Positions 39,735-56,433 of a DNA stretch of 64,000 bases are shown piece by piece. The notes under the pieces are model-generated. The model saw only the letters and a list, made by a program, of their open reading frames with translations. It was not told the DNA's origin and searched no databases. The position numbers and the translations under genes are program-made. Within the stretch, counting starts at the first letter, position 1. Every line of letters begins with the position of its first letter. Source of the stretch: the human T2T-CHM13v2.0 reference genome, Homo sapiens; NCBI RefSeq assembly GCF_009914755.1, contig NC_060941.1; one strand, given 5' to 3'.

Positions 39735-40640
39735 GTGAGCCCAGGCGCCGCGTCCTCCGGAGGCCGTGCTCCTCTGCTTCTGGTCACTCTGAGGCGCTGT
39801 CTGTTTCTGTCTATGCGTCCATGCCAGCTGTCCCTCTGTGCACAGGCCCTCGTGTCCGTGAGCACCCCCACCCACCGACCCACAGGCCGTCGAACACAGA
39901 TTCTGTTTCTTCCCTTTTCTGGTCCCAGCAGAACCAAGGGCTCCATGGCATCCTGAGCTCTGGGAGGAGGCCCTGCGGAGGAGGCCACCTCGGGCTAGGC
40001 AGACTCCCGACTCTAGGCGGCAGGGCTGCAGCAGGGACCCTCCGCTCCTCTGGCTTTGGGCATTGCTTTTTGTGGCACTTCGGAGGCAGAGGCCACGTCT
40101 TGCTGGAGCTTGTCTCGTTCTCCGTGTCATGCCTCAAGTGGAAGAGCAGGCCTTGCACCAGGTTCTCCATGGGCCTCAGAGCTATGACAACAGAGGTGCG
40201 GAAGGAGTGGTCAGGGTACAGGAGCAAGGCCAACTCAGCATGCTGACCCAGCTCCTACCCGCTCTGTCTTCAGCCTCCAGGGGAGCCTGGGGCCTGCTCA
40301 CTGCCTCTTGTCTCCTCCTTGCTGCCTGCACAGCAGCTCACCATGGGCCTCCGGCCTGCCCCAGGGCTTGGGGGCTGCCAACCACAGATTGATGTGTAAC
40401 ATGGAGTGTGAGGAGGAGTAAGGTTTGGGTTTTTCCTTCAGTCTGGGTTTTGCTTCAGGTGTCTTGAACAAAACTCCTTGTTTCTCTGTTAACTTAGCTG
40501 GGAGCGCCTTCCCCAACAGAGAACACCAGCAGGGAACCCACCTGCATAGGCCTTGCCATTGGGGTCAGATTGCAGGCTTGGCTTCAATGGCACAACCATG
40601 ATATGGAAATTACGAGTTTTTGTTAAAGATCTGCAAGCTA

Positions 40641-41045
<405 letters not shown>

Positions 41046-42100
41046 CTACTTGGGGTAGGGTGTCCTAATTTCACAGTGTTGCTTTTGATTGGGTGCTTCA
41101 AATAACTCTGGCGGCAAGGACAGTTGCACAGCTTGGCAGGACGTTGGGGTTGAAACAGGGCTCTGTAGAGGGACTTCTTATCTATCTGGGTCAGTCTTGG
41201 CCAGACCTAGGCAGCAGCGGACTGTGGTTCCTTCCTCACTCCTCAGAGACAGGGTTCTGAGCAGAGGCTCCCAGAGCGCTTTGTTCTGGTAGTTATCCTG
41301 ACAATTCTTGCCTGTTCTCACTCTCACTCCTTGGAATAATACAAACAGACATCAAAGCTAGCTTCTGCTCAGATGGCTGTAGAAAAGAGAGCACCTCGGA
41401 CCAGAGATAAGGTGACCCATGTCTCTGTGGGGCCAGCCAGGTGGGCTGTAGATGGCAGTGCTGTCTCAGGCTGTTCCTCAGGGCCCAGGTGTGTCTGGGC
41501 GGCACAGGTGGAGGAAGGACAAGAGCGCTGTGCCTGGGCGCTGCCCCCCTGTCTGCCATCCTGCTTCTTGTGGGGGAATACAGGTCAAGCCTATTCCTGG
41601 TGGAGAAATGGCCTGAGGGTCTCAGCGGGGCTGCAGCTGCTGCTTCCTCAACACCGCACGTCTCTGTTTCCCAGGCTTCCTGTGGCTTCTGCAAGAACTT
41701 TTGAATCAATTCTCCTTTCAGCCTTCCCTGCAGATGTTTCCCTTCAAATAAAATGTTCTGTGACTCTTCATCTGGGCTTGTTTTCTGCCTCCCAGATAGG
41801 CCCTGTGCAGTGGGCCCTGTACAGGCCGGAGCCCACACTGCTCACAGGGCAATGAGACCATACCTTCTCTCCTGCCAGCCTGCCAAGCCCAGCATCTCCT
41901 TCCTCAAGGTCGCGTGTGCCTACAGAAGGCTGGTTGCAGGCAGCACCCACCAGGGTGAGGGGGCTGCACAGGCTTGTCTGGCAGGTGGAGAAACCCCTTT
42001 CCTGGTACCCGCCTCATCTGGACAGAAATACTGGCCCCATCAGACACTCATGACACTAGAAGAGTTTCCTCTGAGCTGTTCTTTTTTCTCCCTTTCTCAG

Positions 42101-42157
42101 CCCGACCTGCTGAATTTCAAGAAAGGCTGGCTGACTAAGCAGTATGAGGACGGCCAG
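42101..42157 (+). CDS. MPRIP: MPRIP coding exon (~exon 10), start of PH domain 2
   Basis: tttctcag|CCCGAC...GGCCAG|gtgagt; PDLLNFKKGWLTKQYEDGQ. Confidence 0.97.
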
Positions 42158-43383
42158 GTGAGTGTGCAGGGTTGCCGTGGCCCCTGAGGGATCTGGGGAC
42201 AGGGTGAGGGTGAGCTGTCCTTGTCCCCAGCCAGTCTGCAAGTGCTGGCTCCATGCCTTCCTCCTCCATGCCCCTTGTCTTCATGACCAGGGCTGTGGCT
42301 GAGACTCCCATCTGCTCCTAGAAGTGCAGGCACACAGCCTTCATTTCTGCAGTGGGGGGTGCTCTGGAGGGGCACTCGGTAGGCCTGTCTGCTGATGGCA
42401 AGCGGGTGTTGGCCCGGCCTTAGGGATGCCTTGTAACACTAGCCCCCACCTGGTGATCTTTCCTAAAAGTTGTTTAGGGGCCTGGCTTCCCCAGGGACAA
42501 AGAAACTCTCTGGCTGTGGGATTGGCTTGTGTTTCCATGCAAGCCAGCCAAGTAGACAGTAGCCTAGCACTGCAAGACTCTCATGCCAGAGACCCCTCAG
42601 CTGCAGTGGCAGTGTTAGCCCTGGAAGGAGCAAACATGGTACATTCTTGCCATCAGACTCAAGCAGGAAGAGCCATCTGAGGCTGGACCTGCCAGCCCAC
42701 CTTGACCCTGTGCCATGGGCTGGAAGGCCAGGCCTCCCAAGGAGGCATGAAGAAAAGCCTGCTGGGTCCTTACCTAAGAGGCCCTGATGCCTAGCCCATC
42801 CTCACTCCCTTCCTGCTTCCTGAGCTGCTATCCCAAGACATCCTCTTTATTTCTCCTCCATATCAAATGCCCTTGGCCTGGCATGAAGACTCAAGTTCCC
42901 TTCCTTACTGCTCACAGTGAAGACTTGGTCTCTAGCTGGTTAGTTACCCCTGCTGGTTAGGAGGCCACATGGCCATGGCTTGCGGGCTGCCACCTGCAGG
43001 TGGAGATGCCATTTCACAGCCACCTTTCCGTTCTGATGGGCCCAGCCTGTTGTCTGCAGCCTCTGTAGTTACTGAGGACCGCACGGCCTGGCCACCAGCC
43101 ACACCATTGGTCATAGAGCCCACAGCCAAGGCCTGCTCAGCTGTCTGTGCTGCCTCTTCACTGGAGGGTCACAGCTTAGTGAGCGTCCTGAGGGTGTGAG
43201 CGCATGGCTGCCTGCAGTCCGAGCAGAGTCCTCTGTATGCTGTCAAGGGAGGGGCCAGCCTGTCCCCTGCTTTCCCTGTGCTCTGGGAGGGCCCCACAGG
43301 CTCTGGCTGCGCACCGCCGTGGCATGGCAGGCATGCTGTATAGGAGTTGGTAGTCGAGTCATTTTTCTTTTCTTCCCCTTTAG

Positions 43384-43452
43384 TGGAAGAAACACTGGTT
43401 TGTCCTCGCCGATCAAAGCCTGAGATACTACAGGGATTCAGTGGCTGAGGAG
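43384..43452 (+). CDS. MPRIP: MPRIP coding exon (~exon 11), PH domain 2
   Basis: cctttag|TGGAAG...GAGGAG|gtgagt; [23 protein letters not shown]. Confidence 0.97.
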
Positions 43453-44329
43453 GTGAGTGTCTGGGCTTTGCCTCTGCTGTGGAGACAGCTGGAGGGGTCC
43501 AGGCGGCATCTGGGGCTAGTAGATCTGCTTCCCCCTGGGCTAATGTCCCCACTTCTGAGGACAGCGCCCTTCGGTGGTGTTACCTTGCCGAAGGTATGTC
43601 CATGTTGCCCTCTTGGGTTTCCCAGTCCCGACCTGGTGGGAAGGTGAGCACAAGACCAGCCTTTGTCCTTGTGATCATTTTCCTGGCTGTGATGCTGGGC
43701 TTCGTCAAGGCCTTGAATTAAGTGCCCAGTGCAGTGGGTTTGGGCAGCTTTTCTTTTCTCTGTTCTTTGAAAAACACTGAAATTTGAAAACTCAGGATGA
43801 ACAATTTTGTTTTTTCCACAAAGAGATTTCATGGTAAATGGAGTTGGAAGAATTGAACTACATCTTGTGCCCTGCCTTCTGGACAAGGACAGGATAGGAT
43901 AGATGAGCTTTTTTGGGCCCCTGGACAGTCCTGATTCTGTGGTCAAGGACCAAATAGAAGGGGTTCTTTTTTTCTTCACCTACAAATAAAATAACCTCTT
44001 CTAAACAGTTTGGCAAGTCTCCTTTGCCTTTTCCCCAGTAGTTTCACTCCAGGAATCCCTCAGATAACTCCCACATGTGGAAAAACGTCTGTTTCAGGTT
44101 AGTCATTCCCACACGTTTGTAACAGCCAGATGATTGGAAAGAGCCTAAATACCCATCATTAAGGGCCGGGATATGTATTAAATACTCTGAGCCAGTCTTT
44201 ACAGACTGAAGGAGAAAAGGTGGTAGTGATAAGAAGTAGGGGTAGGAGAGTGTGGGCGGTGGGCCTCTGGTGGTGTCCAGCGTTGGGGAAGTAAGGAGCC
44301 TATGTAAGTGTTTGGTTGCATGTGCATAG

Positions 44330-45982
<1,653 letters not shown>

Positions 45983-46203
45983 GCGTGGACTATCTTTGGC
46001 TGGATACAGGGACAGATGGTGGTGTGATTGCACCCAGTGAGGGGCCTGGGTCATGCAGTAGTAGGATAGACGGTGTCCTCACTTGTCAGTGTGTATACTA
46101 TTAAAAGTAAAGTCAGTGCAGAAAATCACTTACGGAAATTTGCTCATCTAGGCATTGGTTCTACTTCCTAAAAATCTCAAGACATTCTCACTTCCCTCGG
46201 CAG

Positions 46204-46293
46204 GCAGCCGACTTGGATGGAGAAATTGACTTGTCCGCATGTTACGATGTCACAGAGTATCCAGTTCAGAGAAACTATGGCTTCCAGATACAT
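46204..46293 (+). CDS. MPRIP: MPRIP coding exon (~exon 12), PH domain 2
   Basis: cggcag|GCAGCC...ATACAT|gtgagt; [30 protein letters not shown]. Confidence 0.96.
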
Positions 46294-46799
46294 GTGAGTC
46301 CAGGGATGGAAGTGGGGCCACAGGCTTGACAGGCAGGGATGCATGTCAGAGTGCCTAATGTCTGGGCTGGGGGCACTTCTGGACAGGCCTGATGCAGCGT
46401 GTATGGTCAGCACTTAGTCTTTCCCACTACCCTTGACACCTCTGTCCTGTGGCACCTGACCCTATTCCCCAATTTGTGATGTGAACAGTACATTAGACGT
46501 TAGTATCTTTTTTCTGAAGACTGCTTAAAGCTTTTTTGTTTCTGAAGGTTCCTTTTTTCTTTTGTTTTTTGTAATGCTGGAGTTGGGGCAATTGGAAGGA
46601 TGTGGGGTATGGGGAATAAGAATGAAAGTGTTAGTCAATTATTTACATCCGCTTTTTACTCACTTATTCATGTGTTTGTTCATTCATTTACTTACAAGGC
46701 TATTTTTTCCCAAAATCTTGTGAGGTACTCAGATGAGCAAGGCATTGCACTGTTCTCAAAAAAAAAAAAAAAAAAAAAATCTTATTGGTAGGACAAAAT

Positions 46800-47069
46800 G
46801 GTTCTTATTGGCTGTTTCTTCAAAACTGTGTGGATCAAGGACTGCCTGCAGTCAGCCAGACTCCAGGTTAAGAGCACAGTCCTCCTGACTGCCACATCTG
46901 CCTCCATTTCTTTTTTTTTCCCCCAAGACAGGGTCTCACTCTCTGTCCAGGCTTGAGTGTAGTGGCACAATCATGGCTCACTGCAGGCTCGAAATCCTAG
47001 ACTCTAACGATCCTTCTACCTCAGCCTCCAGAGTAACTGGGACTACAGGTGCATGCCACCATGCCCAGC

Positions 47070-47100
<31 letters not shown>

Positions 47101-47862
47101 CATTATTTAGAGAGACAGGGTTTCACCATGTTGCCCAGGAGGGTTTTGAACCCCTGGGCTCCAGCGATCCACTTGCCTTGGCTTCCCAAAGTGCTGGGAT
47201 TATAGGCATGAATCACTGTGCCCAGTCCTGCCCCCACTTCTGACACCAGTTGTGAGTCCGGAGGTTTCCAAAACCACCTTCAGTTTCAAAAATTCACTAG
47301 AATGACTCACAGGATTCAGGAAAGTACTGTCTTTACAATGAGTTTTATTATAGAGAAAGTATGTAAGTCAGAACCAGCCAAGGGAGAGCCATGTGGAGTA
47401 GAATCTGGGACTGGGGGAGTCACAGATGCCAAAAGTTTCTGCATCCTTGGGGACACGGTGTCCTCTTAGCCCTGATGTGGGGCAGTGCGCAGAGCATTGC
47501 CCGGAAGCCCACCTGAGCCCCGGTGTTGAGTTTTAGGAGGCTCTGTAGCTGCTGTGGTTGATGGAGTTGTTGTCCTCATAGTTGAACTCCACCTAAAGCC
47601 CTTCCCGCCATGGTTGGCTACTTTCACATGGCCCAAACCCCAACCCTCTGATTTAATGGGTTTCCTCTAATTTCCTGCTTCTGGCCAGGCCAGGCTCTAC
47701 CCTGAGTTGTCTTGTCAGCATGAAGTGTTAGGTGGGGTCCCAGGGTACCACCATGAGTAACAAAGACTCTAGTCATTCAGGAAATTCCAAGGTTTGGAAG
47801 TTACCTCCCAGGAGCTAGGACAGAGGCCAGGCCTCTCTTTGGGTAAAGTTAGTTCGTCACTC
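46800..47862. mobile_element. MER21-type LTR interrupted by an AluJ
   Basis: 'cccacttctgacaccag...aattcactagaatgactcacag...caggaaattccaagg...ggccaggcctctctttgggtaaag'. Confidence 0.65.
46908..47226 (-). mobile_element. AluJ-type SINE with a (TTA)n microsatellite in the linker
   Basis: 'agacagggtctcactctctgtccaggc...aatcatggctcactgcag...cccaaagtgctgggattataggcatga'; (TTA)n at ~47070-47108. Confidence 0.9.
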
Positions 47863-50356
47863 GCAAGGGCTTTAAGATGGGTGGAGAGTGTGATGAGTAG
47901 AGAGCTGCCCCCATGGGGCTGGGCCCTGGCCCTGGGACTTGGTTCTCACACAAGGCTAGACTCTGGTGGGCTCACCTGTAGCAGGGTCATACCTTCAAAT
48001 TTTGGGGCCCAGAAACTCAATTTTATTGCTGTGTTGAGAGTTGATCCAGTATTTGGGGCTCACTCAGTTTGGCCCAACTTAGAGGAGACTGAAGTATAGA
48101 CCCAAAGGCCAGTGTGTTCATTTACTAAGAAAATCCTGGCCGCCAGCCCACTGGGCTGCTGGCTGTGGCTTCCTGCGTGCAGGCATCTGCGAGAGGAGCT
48201 GAGTCACAGTTGGAGGCTACACTGACAGCCTGGCACCAGGGCCGGGTGTGAGTTGTCTGCTCTTAGTGGCCTGCACTGCCCAAGTTTCAAGGCTCCTCTG
48301 TCCTCATCCGCTGTGGGAGGGGTAGGCGGGCATAGTGCCCGGTGAGCCTCCTCTCCTGCCGTCCACCTCCCATCTTCATGAGCAGCTTTCTCCAGGCAGG
48401 GCACACCTGAAGTCTGAGAACTCACCCCGCTCTCCTAGTGACAAATGAGGGCATCAGCCACTCTCACCCACTGATCAACCCCTCCTCACTTCACCCTGGT
48501 AGGGCTTATCCTGATGACTTTCGGTGATCCCCAACTACTGAGAGTTCTAAGGAATGAGGAGATGCTTCCAGTGTGGAGAAGGCTTCCTGGGGGAGGCTTC
48601 CTGGAGAAGGATCCCTCAAGGCTCAGCAGGAGGGATGAGTGTGAAAGCATGTCCCAGACTGGACTCCAGACCTGGTGGCACAGAGAGCACAGAGCCAGTC
48701 TGGGGCTAGAGTGCTGGGTGGAGAGTCAGGTTGGCGCTGGTCCAGCCTTTGTGGAGAGCACTGAAGGGTGTTAGAAGATGCCAGTCAGTTGTGCGTTCAT
48801 GATACATGTCTGGCGGGACATGCAGGTCCATTAGAAAGGAACCAGGCTGGCACGGTAAAGCTGGGCAAGAAAGGAAGGAGCAGCACCTGGGAGGAAGAGG
48901 TGAGGGCAGGGCCAGGACCTGGCAAGAAGGCCCCGCCCACTGAGAAGCCAGCAGAAGAGCTGACTTCACAGAAGCAGGGGGATCCCCTGGAATTCCGGCT
49001 GTGATCCATTTGAGGCATGATGGGCTCTCAGAGAACATTAGGCAGCCGCTGGGAAAGAAAATTCAGCTGGAGAAAACAGCTGTATGTGGAGTGCTGAGGC
49101 CAAACTCCAGCAACGCCCACACCTGGGGGTGGAGAAGGATGGACCCAGGAGAAGGTGGTACCCCCCCAACTCAGCTCACATGGATATGAGAACTGATGAA
49201 GGAGGACCGAGCTGGGCAGTGGTGGTGTCTTGATCGGGCATGTGGAGGGGCAGGTCAGGTCCCTCCCAGCTGTGCTTTGTGGCACGTCAGGCCGGTGCGT
49301 GATCTCCTGTTTTGGCTTCTGGCCAGGCCACTAGCACCCATCCGAAAACCATCCTCATGATTGCATCCTGCCGTCAGCTTCCCTACTGACCTGGCTGCTG
49401 AGTCTGCTTGTGAGCAGCTCTCGGTTCAAGGCTGCAGCCCTCGCTTCTGTTGGGCAGGTGCCTGTAGGTGCAGAAGCAGGCCTCCAGCTCCATGCAGGCC
49501 ACTGGCCCTCCCCTGCCTGGTACCCAGGCAGGTCTGCTCAGGGGCGCAGTGGTCATGTCCCAGAGCCATGTGCTCTTTGCTGCTTTGTCCTACCTGCTGC
49601 CCCGTTCCTCGCCCAAAACAGGCTCCTCCCCTGCTACCTTGCACAAGCACCGAGGACAAGCCCTAGACTCCACCTCATCCAAGCAGGAGTCTAGGGCTTG
49701 TCCTAGGTGCTCCCCAACCCAACCAGCCAGACGCTGTTCATACCCCTTTTGTTACTTCTGAGCTGCCCTGTCCCCTGCCATCACCTTAATTCTCATCACT
49801 TGGACAGCTGCAGTAACCACCCAGCAGGTCTCCCTGCCTTTTCTCAGTGCCACCAACAAGACCCTGATACCCCTTGTTCTTAACCACTCCCTGGGCCCAT
49901 CATGCCATGTGCCTGTGTGAGTGCAGACTGCAGGTGCCACTCCCCACGCCCAACACACACGCCCTTCCGGATTCCCCACCTCCACCACTGCTCAGCACAT
50001 GCTGATTCTGCCCTTCCCCCGAGGCTGGGAACTCCTTAAAGAGGGGTGCAGCATCCTCCTCTGTCTGAGTGGACAGGCTGCTGGTGCGTAGTGGGTGCTC
50101 AGTAACTGTGAGCTTGTTACTGAGAGAAGATTTACCATTGCCACAAATACACGTCCCTCCCACAGCTTTGACGTCTCCTGCTCTCCAGCTCCCTCATGTC
50201 CCAGTAGTGGGCACATGTGGCACTCCTAGAAGGGTCACCCAGTCACAGCCTTTCTCCCTGTGGGACTTTACCCAGTGCAGGGAGCTTCTTTGGAGATGGA
50301 GGGCAGCAGGCACCCTAGGGGACAGTCACTGATGGTGCCTCATCTTTTCTCTGTAG

Positions 50357-50466
50357 ACAAAGGAGGGCGAGTTTACCCTGTCGGCCATGACATCTGGGAT
50401 TCGGCGGAACTGGATCCAGACCATCATGAAGCACGTGCACCCGACCACTGCCCCGGATGTGACCAG
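50357..50466 (+). CDS. MPRIP: MPRIP coding exon (~exon 13), end of PH domain 2
   Basis: ctgtag|ACAAAG...ACCAG|gtagga; [36 protein letters not shown](S); phase 0-2. Confidence 0.97.
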
Positions 50467-51292
50467 GTAGGATGGTGAAGACACCAGGGAGCCCTTTGTG
50501 CCTCTTGTGGGTGCCACTCCCGCCAGGGCAGTGTCAGACTCAGGTCTGAAGTCTGAGACCTGAGCTCAGTGCATCCCAGTCTGCTGCTCCTTCCTTCCTG
50601 TGTCCTTCTGTTGCTCAGGTTCCTGTCCCAAGTAATCAGAACAAACATTTCTGGTTCTTTTCTCTTGTAAGCCCAAGCGTTTCATCTTGCAGGTAGCATG
50701 TGTGCTGGTCATTAGAACTGGGCTTTGGTGGAGAATCTTCCATCTGTGTCAGCAGGCACTTGGCCAGACCAGCCTGAGCCCCGCAGTCGGTGCTCTCAGG
50801 CCTTGGGCTCTGCTGCTCTAAGGGTGGCCCCATGTGCGGCATCCATAGGCCACCCAGTGCTTCTTTGTCTTGGCCTTCTTTTCACCTCACTCCTACGTCT
50901 GTTTGATTTCTGTGCAGCCAATTTGAAAAACCCTCTCCTGTTTTTGCATTCTGTGGTTCATGTGTCTCAGATTTTGCTTTGGGCTTTTTTCCTCCTGCCC
51001 TGAAGGTTAAAGACCTAGTTCTCATTTTAAAAGATGGAGAATCAGAAGACTCAGACATATCTAAAACAAAACAAAACAAAAAAAGCAGAGAAGATTCCAG
51101 TGTGGGGGCTGGTCCTTTGATGGCCAGAACTCTGCTGTCCCCACCTTCAGAGCCTCCACGCATCTGAGCACCTCTGGTGCCATTTCTCAGGTCATGTGAT
51201 GTAGATTACATCTCGAATGTGTTTCTTGTGCTGTGGGTTAGGCTGCTTGGGTGTGGCAATGTCACAGCGGGGGCTGTCCATGGAAGCTTTGA

Positions 51293-51655
<363 letters not shown>

Positions 51656-53590
51656 TAAGAAGGAAAGAACTCCTAAATTGATTTCTTTATAGTCCTCTTT
51701 TCTGTGTCTGTCATTTGTTCATGACTTCATTTATTAAACAAACACTGTCTAGTAAGGCCAAGAGGCCGTGACCGGGACAGGTTGCCCTCTGTCTCTCAGG
51801 ATCCTATGCAGAGAGCTGGCTTGTTGTCTAGTGACAAGTCCTCTTTGTGCACAGCCAGCAGGAGGCACCCAGAGCTGCAGCAAGCTCTCCCACCCTCCAG
51901 GGGCCACATCCTGTGGTGGCCTCAGCTACTGCTTCCATGGCTCTCCCATCAGGAGCAGACACCCAAGCTTGACAAGCTAAGTGCTCTTTTCCAAGCACCT
52001 TTAGGAAGCCACCAGAGCAAAGTGAGAAAGGCCTCAGCTTCTTTGCCCAAGCTATTGGCAGCAGACAGAGCTTATCACGGGGGTCCAGGATGGGGAGTGG
52101 TGGGCAGTGCATATGGGTAGCTGGCCTGAGGTCCTCTCCTGCCCCTCTTCCCAGCCAGGCCTGGGCTCGGTGCTGTAGATTGGCAATCCTGTCTGGAAGA
52201 AGTCAGCTTTGGGATGTCCCAGGGCAGATGTCAGGAATGCACCTGTGCACATGCCTGTGCCTGCACACAGCTCAGGAGAGGCGCCTCCACGCTTGAGTGC
52301 CTGCTTCCCTGCGTGCAGGGGCTATGGGCCCAGGGGAATGAATGAGGAGACAAGGGTTTGGCTCTCACATGAAAGTTGACCTGGCAGTTGGCCTCCTGAC
52401 TAAGAATTACTTCATAACCTAGCATATCTGCATAGTCTGGTAGAGTGCTCACCCTCCACCAGTTTGTTTTCAGCATTTATTCTTCCTCTGTGTAGGCTTT
52501 TATTATTTGAGGAAAAATGTGAGTTTTTTAGTGCTGCCAGGCAAAATCTCAAGGAGGCATGAAAACAAACTGCAGTCTCAGAAGCTGCTGTCCTCGTCCT
52601 GCTCTCATTGCCATCTTGAAGTCCTGGGGTGGGGAAGTTGCAGGGTGCTTCCCGCCTTTGGCACTAGAGGAGCCTTGTGGGGAGGTTTCTCCTAGGGAGT
52701 GCGGCCGGTTCTGGTGTGGCTGTGACTTTGGCGGCTGTCAGGGCCAGGCTGGGGGCCTCCATGCATGCCCTGCCCTATGTGTCATCCTGACACTCTCCAT
52801 GGCCAGGAGCTCTTAGTTCAGTGACGTCACAAGATCTGCCCTGTGTCGTTTTCATCCAGATGTTAGCGTGCTCTTACAGTGGACACCTGCAGATCCTGTT
52901 GCTGTGAAGCACTTTGCCTCTCACTCGATTGCTGCCTGGACAGGTGACCCTTGCTCCAGGTGGTGACGGCAACCATTTCCTCTTTTCCTTGGTTCTCTCT
53001 CTAAAGACTCCTTTCCTTTTGGCCCTAATTGAAACACATGTGCTCCCTGGAGCTCCTCCTTGGGCCCTCACTGTCCTCAGGTGGGCTTGCAACTGCCTTC
53101 TGAGGGCCTGGGTGAGATTAGGGGCCCCTCAGTCAGCCTCGGACCAGCTGGCAGTCTGTGGGGCCTATCTCTAGAGTCTACAAACCTTTGCCTCAAACAC
53201 TCCCAGCCTCCTTGACAAATTGCCATCAGCAATGTCCCTGTCCCTGCCCTACTGCAGACGAGGCCTCCCCAGGAATCTCTGCTTCTAGCAGATGGGGACT
53301 AGACATGGATTCCTCAGGCAGACCTGGCTTCACTCCACTTACTGCAGGGCAGGTAGCAGCACCATGAGCACGACCTGCGCAGCTCATGTCCCGTTGCTGG
53401 CTGCCGCTTGCCTGCTCAAGGTGGCAGGTAACCCAGTGTCCTTCTCCCCTTCTGCCTTCCTCTCCAAGCCTCTGGCTACTGCATGGTGTGAACTCGTGGC
53501 CACCTGGGCCTCCTGTTTCCCTCACCCTTAGGAGGTCCCAGCCTTTCATACTGATCCATCTGTCATGCCAGCAGCTGGATTGGGCTTTTA

Positions 53591-53914
<324 letters not shown>

Positions 53915-54482
53915 TTACCTGCTTATTAAAAGGTAAGCCCTTCTAGAAAGTGCTAGTTTTCCCTCATTCTGTCACCACTGTCCAGTCCAGGGGTGCACAG
54001 GGCCCAGGCCTCACCTGGCAGGTACGGTGGCTGTGCCCAGGTGCAGCCTAATGTAGTTCTTGGCCCTGAGCAAGGCAGGGCTGGCCCGTCCTGCCTCTGA
54101 GGCTGTGGGAGTCCTGGGACTCCCCTGGCTCCATACCCTGGCAACGGGACCACCACAGTGAGCCCCTCACAGCCTCTTCAGTCAAGGGACCCCCCCAGTG
54201 TCATTATGTGGGAAACCTCAGCTTTCTGAGGCTCTTTTCCCTTCCTTTCCCCTTCCCCTCCCCGTCCCCCTCCCCCTCCCCCACTCAGAACCAGTTTGGG
54301 AAGGGATGTGGGGTAAAGGCAGAGTATTCCTGTCCTCCCTGCACTTAGGAAGCTGGGATTAGGATAGAAAAAGGATGTGGTGCTCACAGGGGCTGGGTTG
54401 TGGCTCAGCATTGCCAGCTTCTGCCTGGCAGGCCACACCAGAGCCGCCCCTGACAGGCTATGTCCATCCTCCTGCCCCACAG

Positions 54483-55053
54483 CTCGTTGCCAGAGGAAAA
54501 AAACAAGAGCAGCTGCTCTTTTGAGACCTGCCCGAGGCCTACTGAGAAGCAAGAGGCAGAGCTGGGGGAGCCGGACCCTGAGCAGAAGAGGAGCCGCGCA
54601 CGGGAGCGGAGGCGAGAGGGCCGCTCCAAGACCTTTGACTGGGCTGAGTTCCGTCCCATCCAGCAGGCCCTGGCTCAGGAGCGGGTGGGCGGCGTGGGGC
54701 CTGCTGACACCCACGAGCCCCTGCGCCCTGAGGCGGAGCCTGGGGAGCTGGAGCGGGAGCGTGCACGGAGGCGGGAGGAGCGCCGCAAGCGCTTCGGGAT
54801 GCTCGACGCCACAGACGGGCCAGGCACTGAGGATGCAGCCCTGCGCATGGAGGTGGACCGGAGCCCAGGGCTGCCTATGAGCGACCTCAAAACGCATAAC
54901 GTCCACGTGGAGATTGAGCAGCGGTGGCATCAGGTGGAGACCACACCTCTCCGGGAAGAGAAGCAGGTGCCCATCGCGCCCGTCCACCTGTCTTCTGAAG
55001 ATGGGGGTGACCGGCTCTCCACACACGAGCTGACCTCTCTGCTCGAGAAGGAG
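54483..55053 (+). CDS. MPRIP: MPRIP coding exon (~exon 14), charged linker before the coiled coil
   Basis: ccacag|CTCGTTG...AAGGAG|gtaata; 571 nt, SLPEEKNKSSCSFETCPRP...RSKTFDWAEFRPIQQALAQER...LTSLLEKE; phase 2-0; CpG-rich coding sequence. Confidence 0.97.
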
Positions 55054-56137
55054 GTAATAGCCTGGGACCAGATCCCCACCCTGCTCCCAGCAGCCTTTCC
55101 AGAGCATCAGCTGTGCCCAGCTGTGGCCTGAGGGGTTCATCTAGACAGTCCTACCCGCGAGGGACTTGCAGACCCCTAGGGGAGACAGACGCATAGATGA
55201 GTCCTCATAGTTGAGGCAGACCTGAGAGCTGTGGGAGCGTGCCAGTGCATGCAGGGCAGGGAAAGGGGCCTTCCAGGCACAGAGGAATTCTTCCGATGGT
55301 GGGGGCCCCTGCCATTGAGAGGCAAGCGGCGTTGCAGGGCCTAGATGGTTTCCTCGTTCTGACTCCCGATGGCAGGAGGGGCGCGAGCAGGGCAAGGCTT
55401 TTGCATTACGCAGCCCTGGCTTGGACAGGTCAAAGCTGTAGGCAGAGACCAGCCCCAGGTGCTCTTACAGTGGCTTGGGGACGGCCGATCAGATCTGAAG
55501 CCAGGGGCATCCAGCAGGAGATGACAGCTGGGTCCTAGGTCATGAGGATATGAAGCAGAAGACAGTGGTGAGGCAGGGTAGGCTGTGGATGAAGGCTGCC
55601 CTGTGACTGTCACTCCTCCACGAGGCCTTCAGTGCACCTAGGTACATAGATGAACAAGCTGGCCCCCGAACTATAAAATAAGATGTTCTTTCATGGAAAT
55701 GTATGCAGAAATCCAGTCTGCAGAACTTCAGTGGTAGATTGACATGTCTGGGCAGGGAGTCTCGTAGCTGGGGAGGTGTAGCGTTACAGTTTTTGTAGAA
55801 CTCCCTGTTTCACTCTCCATTTAGGGACAGTTTTCAACACTGTGTTTCAAATGTGTTCTCTTACGTAAGTAGCTTGTTAAAGATTTGCCACTTGGGTATG
55901 CCTCAAGCTTCTCATCTTTTTTGTATTTTATTAACTGTATGAGGCTGAGTTACCACCAGCACTAATACTTGTACTTTTTCATTTTCCTCATCCATTAACA
56001 AGTAACAAAGGCAAGATGAAATAAAATAACAGTTGAAACTCACATTACTTCAGGCTACCAAAATGGGCCAGCCAGCAGGCGACACACTGGCTCAACAATC
56101 TGGGGGGTCAGTCTTCACTGTTTAAAAGTCAGGGGTC

Positions 56138-56433
<296 letters not shown>

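Noticed and set aside
52821-52830. Palindromic CRE GTGACGTCAC (and scattered AP-1 TGA(C/G)TCA sites elsewhere)
   Set aside because: Isolated short motifs are expected by chance in 64 kb; no clustering evidence for an enhancer.
54178-55140. 320-aa minus-strand ORF
   Set aside because: Antisense shadow of the GC-rich MPRIP exon 54483-55053; no recognisable protein features.
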